Sequence record: KY555144.1
Strand: one strand, 5' to 3'
Length of the DNA: 64,000 nt
In this document: piece by piece, positions 36,616 to 43,000 of the stretch
Position numbering within the stretch: position 1 is the stretch's first letter
Layout: every line of letters starts with the position of its first letter
Program-made: the position numbers and the translations under genes
The notes under the pieces: generated by a model
Told to the model about the DNA's origin: nothing
The model's input: the letters and a program-made list of their open reading frames with translations, nothing else
Databases searched by the model: none

Positions 36616-38306
36616 TACCTGCCGTTGAAGGTGATCAGCGCCCGCTTGCCGTTCGGGTACTGCACGCAGTGGGTGTGCGCCCAGGACGAGGGGCCGGTGT
36701 TGTAGCCCATGTCCAGCTTCGAGGTCGTGCCGGTGTTGTAGGCGCTCTCGAAAATGCCGGGCGAGTGGGTATGACCAAACGTAGTCTTCGGGCCGATCTT
36801 GGCGAACTGCTGGATGTTGCCGCGCGAGCCGTTGGCGCCGTTATGCCCGTGGTTGGAGTGCTCGACCCCGCCAACGACGCAGGACTCGTCCTCGCGCAGG
36901 AACTTCACGCCGTTGCAGTTCCAGACGTCGAAGGCGTTGGTCATCACCTCCTCGAAGATCGAGAAGTTCTTTTCGCCGGTCCGGATCGAGGCGTAGACCG
37001 CCCGCTGGCAGGTGAGGAAGAACTCGGCGTTGACCGGGTCGGCGCGGTAGTCGGCCGTCTTCAGCCATTTGTTGAGCGCCAGATCGTGGTTGCTCTCGAC
37101 CACCGTGACCTTCGAGTCCGGGGCCTGCCGGCCCAGGATGGTCAGGAACATCGCCACCTCGCGTAGTTCCTGCTCGACGCTTTCGGAGCCCTTGACATAG
37201 AGCCGGAAGCGATCGTGCGGATCGGCGATGTTGTGGTGGTTGCGCGCCCGGAAGTCGGAGACGTCGTGGACGAAGATGTGCTCGGGCCGCAGGACGTCGA
37301 TCATCGACGGCGTCGCCACGCTACCCCACACCCGGCTCCCGTCGGCCGAGCGCTGCTCGGTCGGGAAGAAGCCGAAGGTGGCGGCCGACACCTCGGGATC
37401 GATCTGCGCCACGTGGACGTCGCCGGGCGTCAGGCAGGCCACGCGATGGCCCTCGGTGACCACGCCGTCCTTGACGAAGACGTCCAGGTCATAGAACGAG
37501 CCGTCGGTGTCGCCCAGCAGGTGGCGGCAGAAGAACTTGCCGTCCTCGTCGACCTCGACCAGCACCGCGCCCAACTGGTGGTGGAAGCTGGCCTTGATCC
37601 CGGCCTTCTTGGGAACGTAGTTCGGCTTGGTGACCGCGCCCGTCGTCATGATCTGCTTGGACGGGGTGTGCTTCATCGTCGGAACGCTGACGAGTTGCAC
37701 CTTGGCGTGGGGGAAGATGCCCCAGCGCTCGCGGGTGTAGGAGTGGAAGCCCGACAGCGGGTTCTCGGCCGTGGGGAGGGTGTTCATCTCGCCGCAGAAG
37801 TCGATCCGGTCGGCGATCCGCACGCGCTCGGCGACGAGGTATTCCATCACCCGCTTGTGGAAGAACGCCGCGTGCTTGGCGTGGTCCTCGAACAGGCGCT
37901 TGGAGTAGGTGAAGCCAGCGATCATGATCTCGCACGGCGCGTCCCGGCGCAGGTGCTCGGCATAGGCCTCCAGGTTGTCGACGAACTCCTCGTGGATGTG
38001 CGTCGAATCCTGGGCCGAGGACAGGATGAACCGCCGGCGCCCGGTGGTCTCATCCACCGTCACGGTCCGGGCGGCGGGCGCCGGCCGGTGCGACAGCGGG
38101 TCCTTGCGCATCGAGTAGAGGCGGTTCTGGAGCGTCGTGCGCTTGACGCTGTACTTGCGCGAGAACGCCCGCTGGCCGCCGGCCTTCTTGACCATCGCGT
38201 TCAGTTCTTCCGGCGACACCGAGTAGATGTCGAACGGACCCTCGGCCGGCAGGGCGGCCTTGGGCTTCTTGCCCGCCTTGGAAGCGTGTTCGAACTCAGC
38301 CGGCAT
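36603..38306 (-). CDS. Calcineurin-like metallophosphoesterase with N-terminal HTH-like region
   Basis: GDVH, HDVSDF, ESNHD, HGH and GHTH metal-binding motifs. Confidence 0.7.
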   Translation of the reverse strand: MPAEFEHASKAGKKPKAALPAEGPFDIYSVSPEELNAMVKKAGGQRAFSRKYSVKRTTLQNRLYSMRKDPLSHRPAPAARTVTVDETTGRRRFILSSAQDSTHIHEEFVDNLEAYAEHLRRDAPCEIMIAGFTYSKRLFEDHAKHAAFFHKRVMEYLVAERVRIADRIDFCGEMNTLPTAENPLSGFHSYTRERWGIFPHAKVQLVSVPTMKHTPSKQIMTTGAVTKPNYVPKKAGIKASFHHQLGAVLVEVDEDGKFFCRHLLGDTDGSFYDLDVFVKDGVVTEGHRVACLTPGDVHVAQIDPEVSAATFGFFPTEQRSADGSRVWGSVATPSMIDVLRPEHIFVHDVSDFRARNHHNIADPHDRFRLYVKGSESVEQELREVAMFLTILGRQAPDSKVTVVESNHDLALNKWLKTADYRADPVNAEFFLTCQRAVYASIRTGEKNFSIFEEVMTNAFDVWNCNGVKFLREDESCVVGGVEHSNHGHNGANGSRGNIQQFAKIGPKTTFGHTHSPGIFESAYNTGTTSKLDMGYNTGPSSWAHTHCVQYPNGKRALITFNGRYWRL

Positions 38307-38997
38307 AGAGAAGCTCCGGTTTGGCGCTGACCGGCTTGGACCAATCCCAGACGTACCAAGCGTAGGCGAAGCGCGGGGCGCCCTTGGTGCCGGCGATCCA
38401 GCGGGGGCGGTGACGAAGGGTGACCTTCGCGGTGAAAGCGGGGTGATCGAACAGGTCCGCGCGCGAGCGCGCCGCGTCCCATTCGTGGCGGCAGAGGAAG
38501 GCCACGAGGCCCTGGTCGGCCTCCATCAGGTCCAGCGCGTGGCGCGCGGCGCGCTCGGCGTCCTTGCCGTAGGGCGGGTTGGTGATGATCGCGTCCGGAC
38601 GCGGCGGCAACGGCGTGCTCTTGCGCTCCTCGCCCTTCTCGTCGACAACCGTCTCGGGCCGGACCTTCAGCGCGCCCAGGCGGTCGAGGTCGGCCGGCGT
38701 CAGCTTGAAGAAGTCCTCGACCGCGTCGACCTCGAAGCCCTCGTAGCGGTGGATGTCCGTGGCGAGGACTTCCTGCACGAAGGGCTTGAGCGGCGTGGCG
38801 ATGGCGCCGTTGCCGGCGAAGGGCTCCCAGGCGAAGAACGGGGCGAAATCATCGCCCAGGGCCTCGATCAGGGCGTCGAAGGCCGGCCGAGGAGTCGGGT
38901 AAAAGTCCAGCGGGGTCCTGGCATATCCGGAGGCGCCCAGCATGGAGGGGTCTTTGCGACCAGCATCGGAGAGAGACATGGTCGTGAGGGATGTCAT
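38296..38997 (-). CDS. Amino (N6-adenine-type) DNA methyltransferase
   Basis: DFYPTP, WEPFAGNGAI (motif I), IITNPPY (motif IV). Confidence 0.82.
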   Translation of the reverse strand: MTSLTTMSLSDAGRKDPSMLGASGYARTPLDFYPTPRPAFDALIEALGDDFAPFFAWEPFAGNGAIATPLKPFVQEVLATDIHRYEGFEVDAVEDFFKLTPADLDRLGALKVRPETVVDEKGEERKSTPLPPRPDAIITNPPYGKDAERAARHALDLMEADQGLVAFLCRHEWDAARSRADLFDHPAFTAKVTLRHRPRWIAGTKGAPRFAYAWYVWDWSKPVSAKPELLYAG

Positions 38998-39054
38998 GGT
39001 TAACGAAGGGTGTCAAGATTCACGACATTGACTGTCGTGACGCAGCACGTTAAT
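38996..39054. promoter_or_regulatory. Divergent promoter region
   Basis: Minus-strand motif at 39012-39027, TTAACCAT at 38996-39003, inverted repeat TCACGACA/TGTCGTGA, and plus-strand TTGACT-N17-TAATCA (-35 at 39028). Confidence 0.65.
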
Positions 39055-39059
39055 CAGGA

Positions 39060-39690
39060 GGCAACGGGCCGTCCTTCTGCATTAGCCCCGCCGCCGCGCC
39101 TTCCAGGCGGCACGGGCCGGGACGGTGGTTGGTGACGAGCAGGCCGAGGCAGCGGCGGGCGAGTCGAAGGAGAACCCGGCGAGCGGCGGAAGGCGTCGTT
39201 GACGCCCTCGGACTCGACAAGCACGTGGTGATGCCGGAAATCACCGCGATCGCGCGGACGTCTGGACGTTGCTAGGCGTAAGGCAGGCCTGCCGAGAAGT
39301 GGAAACGGCCGGGGCGGGCGGGACTTGATCTCGTCCGCCTTTCCGCCTAAGCTTCCCTCATTGCAGGCGCAGCACCGCCCTTCGCTAACGGCCCCGAGGG
39401 GTACGCAAGGGCTAGAAGCCTTGCCTGGGACAGGACTGCCTCTGATCCAGGAACGCCCTGGGCCGCGTAGCGCCCATGACGCGAACGCCGGCCGAGAATG
39501 GGCGACTAGGCGTGACGGCGGCCAGAGGCCGCAGCGACATTCCAAGCTCGATAGAGCGATCGGCGGGCCGGGGCGAAAGCCCTGTTTCGAGAGCCAGGGC
39601 AACCCGTCATAGGTCCTGGTCGGGCGACGAGGCAGCAAGTCCCGCGAACGGAGCCTCTGAGGTGGCGTCACCAAGATGCAGCAGACGCAA
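39060..39690 (+). ncRNA. Candidate ~630-nt highly structured ncRNA, family unknown
   Basis: Own promoter and terminator; no protein-like ORF; 5'/3' closing helix (CTGCAT 39077-39082 with ATGCAG 39676-39681); many local stems and GNRA loops. Confidence 0.6.
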
Positions 39691-39721
39691 AAAGGCCCCG
39701 ATCGCGAGATCGGGGCCTTTT
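39689..39721. terminator. Bidirectional intrinsic terminator
   Basis: AAAAA-GGCCCCGATC-GCGA-GATCGGGGCC-TTTT. Confidence 0.9.
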
Positions 39722-39726
39722 CATGT

Positions 39727-39815
39727 TGGAGCTTCGGGAGGGACTCGAACCCTCATAGGTGTTCCCACCAGCAGAGATTTGCAATCCCGCGCCTAACCTC
39801 TCAGTCCACCGAAGC
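39727..39815 (-). tRNA. tRNA-Cys(GCA) with long variable arm
   Basis: GCTTCGG/CCGAAGC acceptor, U73, encoded CCA, TT-GCA-AA loop, GAGGG-TTCGAGT-CCCTC T-arm, V-arm GGTG-GGAA-CACC. Confidence 0.88.
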
Positions 39816-39862
39816 ACAAAAGGACCTCGACGCCCGAAGGCCCGAGGTCCGATCCGTAACCA

Positions 39863-39990
39863 GGGGAGGGCCGTAGCTGTCCCCTGACCCTGAACGACAG
39901 GTGGCGGGCTTGGTCGTCATCCCGTCAGGCTCGCGGCGCCGCTCGCCTGAACCGCCGATATGCCACGAGGGCAGTGATCCGCAGGTCCCC
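39863..39990 (+). ncRNA. 6S RNA-like molecule
   Basis: Rod with ~20-nt central bubble: GGGGA/TCCCC, CTGTCC/GGGCAG, GGCGGGC/GCTCGCC; GTCCCCTGACC and CCTGAACC resemble recalled 6S motifs; G-U pairs favour the + strand. Confidence 0.5.
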
Positions 39991-39999
39991 ACAAATAGC

Positions 40000-40034
40000 A
40001 AAAAGGCCACGATCCGCGAGGACCGTGGCCTTTT
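40000..40034. terminator. Bidirectional intrinsic terminator between the 6S-like and GOLLD-like RNAs
   Basis: AAAAA-GGCCACG...CGTGGCC-TTTT. Confidence 0.85.
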
Positions 40035-40040
40035 CGTTTT

Positions 40041-40913
40041 CCGATGGGCTGAGACTACACCCATCAGCAATCCCGCTTCGAGGATTATTCCCCAGGTGCG
40101 ACCCCAGGTATTCCCTCGACGTCCACCAGACCCCTTGCGGTAGTCCAGTCCGAGATCATCGCCGCCGTTCTTGCGCACCCCGAAGGGATTGCGGGTCTGG
40201 CGTTTGACCCATCATGGCGAACTACTCGACAGTTCCTTCCCCGCTGGGCTTGCGACCCACTCACCGGCGCTAACCGGCTGACGAAGCTCTTCCTATCGAC
40301 ACCTCGCGGGCTTGCGACCCTTGAGATGACTCCGTTACCCGAAGGCCGGAGCATTTGGCGACTTACGTCCGCCACTGGACCAGTCTTTGCGTTTTTCATC
40401 GAAGCGGGGATTGAACCCGCGACCGACAGCTTAAGAGGCTGTTGCACTACCACTGTGCTATTCGCAAACCCACCAAGACGTGCTGGTCCAGTTGTTCCCA
40501 GAGCTTTTGACCCCGGAAATGCAACACGCCTCATATCTTTCGCCTTGCGGGCTACTCGACTGCTCTTCAGGACTCCGTCTCCCCCAACCTTTCGGCCAGG
40601 ATGCCCAGCACCCCTCGAACTGAAGCAAAGCTCTTCACCGCGAAGTGTCGAACCCTGCAACCCAAACGGTTATCCGTACTCCCTAGACACGCTTGCACGG
40701 GATAGTCCGCTTGCGACGGACTGGCGGTTAAAGCCTCGGAGTTACCCCGGCCCCGCCTTGTCTCCCACGGTCTTCAGGTCTATCCCCTTTTGCAAGAGGC
40801 GGCCAGCTTCCCAGCCCGGACCCGTCGGCTTCCTCTGTCCTCTTGCGAGGTCGGGCGGCCTATGGGAGACCGTCCCTGTCACCCCGTCGCCGGGGCTTTC
40901 GTCAGAAGCGACG
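40041..40913 (-). ncRNA. GOLLD-like giant structured RNA (~870 nt)
   Basis: Promoter TTGACG-N15-GCTAGA upstream and terminator downstream; about ten GCAA tetraloop hairpins plus GAAA/UUCG loops on the minus strand; central tRNA-like domain; segments resembling recalled GOLLD consensus. Confidence 0.6.
40396..40467 (-). tRNA. tRNA-Lys(CTT)-like domain with defective acceptor stem, embedded in the GOLLD-like RNA
   Basis: Good D-arm, ACAGC-CT-CTT-AA-GCTGT anticodon arm, GCGGG-TTCAATC-CCCGC T-arm; only 4 Watson-Crick acceptor pairs and no CCA. Confidence 0.7.
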
Positions 40914-40920
40914 ATGACGT

Positions 40921-41030
40921 TCTAGCGACAGCCCACGTCGTCGTCAACGACTTTTTCCGTCTCGATGTCGAATTTTTTCGACAGTCGTGGATGACGACAG
41001 TGCTTGACATTCTCGTAAGCCCATGCTAGG
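40921..41030. promoter_or_regulatory. Divergent Caulobacter-type sigma70 promoters (GOLLD-like RNA on -, tmRNA on +)
   Basis: Minus: TTGACG (40942-40947)-N15-GCTAGA. Plus: TTGACA (41004-41009)-N15-GCTAGG. Confidence 0.75.
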
Positions 41031-41036
41031 TGTCGG

Positions 41037-41406
41037 AAATCGTTGTAATTCGGACAACGGAACTGGCGGCAAGACAGGGGTGCGAATCCCCTCGCCTCCA
41101 CCATCGACGCCCGGCGCTGGGAGTACGCGACTCCTGGGCAGGGAGTGTTACCCTGGCGGGCTGCGGCCCGAGCCAAAGGTAGCCGGGCGTCGTTGATGGG
41201 GGCGACTAGCTTTCGATTGGCGCTCGGGACTGAAAGACGCAACGGTGGGTGACCTCCACATCGGCTTGCCGGTGATCGGGTCAGGCAACAGTAAATGTCG
41301 CCGACAATGACAACGACGTCGTGGCTTTCGCCTCGGCTCGTGAAGCCATCGCCGCCTAATAAGCGGTAGAGGAGCCCGCCGGGAGCTTGGCAACAGAATC
41401 CCGGCA
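41037..41406 (+). ncRNA. ssrA: Two-piece circularly permuted tmRNA (alphaproteobacterial type)
   Basis: Acceptor piece ends CGCCTCC-A-CCA at 41103; coding piece starts GGGGGCG at 41198, giving a 7-bp stem with G3-U70; tag frame (V)ADNDNDVVAFASAREAIAA followed by two stops (41297-41362); GGCAACAGAA near the 3' end. Confidence 0.9.
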
Positions 41407-41540
41407 ACCCCCTTTCGCAGGCGGGAACACCAACAGGCGATCTGTCGGGCGACCGATTTCCGATCCGTGTTCCCGTCTTCGAAAGGTGGTCAGGCCTACC
41501 CTCTTGGTGTGCTATCCAAGGGTCTGGCCACTTTACAGAA

Positions 41541-41619
41541 CGCGGGGTAGAGGAGTCCGGTTGTCCTCGTCTGGCTCATAACCAGGAGATCGTGGGTTCA
41601 AATCCCACTCCCGCTCCCA
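41541..41619 (+). tRNA. tRNA-Met(CAT), partly initiator-like
   Basis: C1xU72 mismatch, CT-CAT-AA loop, GTGGG-TTCAAAT-CCCAC T-arm, encoded CCA; only two G-C pairs next to the anticodon loop. Confidence 0.85.
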
Positions 41620-41900
41620 ATGCGAACGCCGGCTGTTGAGAACGACGGCGTGACAAGCTCGGAGAGAACGAGCACTCCAGTCCGGGGTATGAGGCCGGAC
41701 TAGCGGACGCCGTAGCGATTGCAGGCGTGACACCCGGAGATAGCGGGACCGGCTTTCCGAGCCGCATGCTCGGCGCGTAAGACCGCAGGCCTCGGCCATC
41801 GGGCAGTGTCAGGGGATGAGGCTAGTCCTCGGCTAACCACCTAGCGGTGAAGCTAGGGCATGCGGTTCGGAAAGCTGGGTTCGCGGTTCGTCCGCTACGA
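41620..41900 (+). ncRNA. Structured RNA domain of unknown class, directly 5' of the permuted tRNA-like element
   Basis: Stems ACGCCG/CGGCGT, GCTCG/CGAGC, AGTCCGG/CCGGACT, CCTAGC/GCTAGG and long-range CCGCATGC/GCATGCGG. Confidence 0.5.
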
Positions 41901-41977
41901 GATGGAGATGTCGCCGGTTCGAGTCCGGCAGGTCCCCCAAAAGGAGGCCTTAGCTCAGTCGGTAGAGCGCTCCTATC
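41901..41977 (+). ncRNA. Circularly permuted tRNA-like element (3' half upstream of 5' half)
   Basis: T-arm and acceptor 3' strand with CCA at 41913-41939, then acceptor 5' strand and D-arm at 41943-41969; acceptor and anticodon stems both pair between the halves. Confidence 0.55.
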
Positions 41978-41985
41978 CCACCTTT

Positions 41986-42070
41986 GGTACGGTGGCTCGA
42001 CAGGTAAGGCATCGGCCTCATAAGCCGAGGGTTCGTCCCAATCCTGGTTCAAATCCAGGTCGTACCTCCA
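41986..42070 (+). tRNA. tRNA with CAT anticodon (Met or Ile2), long variable arm and U73
   Basis: GGTACGG/TCGTACC acceptor, TCGGC-CT-CAT-AA-GCCGA, 14-nt variable region, CCTGG-TTCAAAT-CCAGG, encoded CCA. Confidence 0.88.
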
Positions 42071-42144
42071 AATCGACGCTTGACCCCAGGCCGCAGGCTG
42101 CTAAGCTTCCCCGGTCGGGATCGTCCCGCGTCCTTTCCAAGGTC

Positions 42145-42175
42145 AAGCCCCCGGAGCTTCGCTTCGGGGGCTTTT
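42145..42175. terminator. Intrinsic terminator closing the tmRNA/tRNA transcript
   Basis: AAGCCCCC...GGGGGCTT-TT. Confidence 0.8.
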
Positions 42176-42528
42176 CAGTTCTTGACCACCCGCAGGCGCC
42201 GGGCCTCGATGGCGCGCTCCTCCGCCGCCACGCGCGAGACGTCTTGCAGGTGCGCCTTGGCGATCAGGTCGGGCGCGCCCACGGCCCGGAAGGGCACCTT
42301 GACGGAGAGGTCGACATAGCGCCGCAAGAGAGGCTCGAATTCCAGACCCCGCGCCTGGGCGATCCGCGACAATGCGCCGGCGACGATCGCCACGACCAGG
42401 ACGTTGGTCGGGGTCTCCTTGGTCAGGGTCCAGATGCCCGGTATCGATTGTCCAGGATGGAGTTCCTGCCGCGACACGTCATCGGCGGCGGCGCGGAAGA
42501 GGTTCTCGTAAGGGACGTTTTCGAGCAT
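42175..42528 (-). CDS. Hypothetical protein (117 aa)
   Basis: Normal codon usage; converges on the RNA island terminator. Confidence 0.6.
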   Translation of the reverse strand: MLENVPYENLFRAAADDVSRQELHPGQSIPGIWTLTKETPTNVLVVAIVAGALSRIAQARGLEFEPLLRRYVDLSVKVPFRAVGAPDLIAKAHLQDVSRVAAEERAIEARRLRVVKN

Positions 42529-42607
42529 GCGACAACGATAGCGATCTTTTTCCGCCTGTCTACCCTCTACTCTTGATAGTAGTAAAGCCCTGATTTCAAC
42601 ACAAGCG

Positions 42608-43000
42608 CTAAAGACGTCCGCCGTAATAGTCCCGCCACATCCCCTCCCAATAGTCGATGTGGTAGTCGGTGCAATCCGGGCAGAGCCGGCGATCCCTGTT
42701 GGGGTCCTCGCCCTTGCCGTCCCAATGGTAGCAGGTCATCGACGAGACCATGCCCAGGCGCCAGAAGGTCCCACATCGCTCGCAGCCGCCCAGGGCGATT
42801 TGCTGCATCTGCCGGTGACCGTTCCATTTCGCCAGCGGCCGGGACCAGAGGAGATCGACCACCGCGTGGCGGATGCTCCCGTACTGGGTGAGCCCGACTT
42901 GCACGACCTTGCGCTTACCCGTCCGCCGGGACACACCGCCCATGAACCGGTAGGCGTCGGTGTAATAGATGCGCACCTTTGGGAGGCGGAGCTTCTTCAC
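42608..43000 (-). CDS. Hypothetical protein with CxxC...CxxC (130 aa)
   Basis: GTG start overlaps the helicase stop (GTGA); CERC and CPDC. Confidence 0.55.
   Translation of the reverse strand: MKKLRLPKVRIYYTDAYRFMGGVSRRTGKRKVVQVGLTQYGSIRHAVVDLLWSRPLAKWNGHRQMQQIALGGCERCGTFWRLGMVSSMTCYHWDGKGEDPNRDRRLCPDCTDYHIDYWEGMWRDYYGGRL

Noticed and set aside
39165-39650. RNase P-like fragments AGAACCCGGC and AAGTCC in the 630-nt RNA
   Set aside because: Wrong order and the other conserved RNase P regions are absent, so I did not call it RNase P.
39801-40925. Several 80-200 aa ORFs within the RNA island
   Set aside because: Atypical codon usage and composition; the sequence is better explained by tetraloop-capped RNA structure.
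41813-41939. Conventional or intron-containing tRNA using the T-arm at 41913
   Set aside because: No upstream D-arm or matching acceptor strand and no group I intron core; the matching 5' half lies downstream.
42078-42146. Possible SRP (4.5S) RNA hairpin
   Set aside because: CAGGCCGCAGG only loosely resembles SRP domain IV; the GNAA loop and AGCAG bulge are missing.
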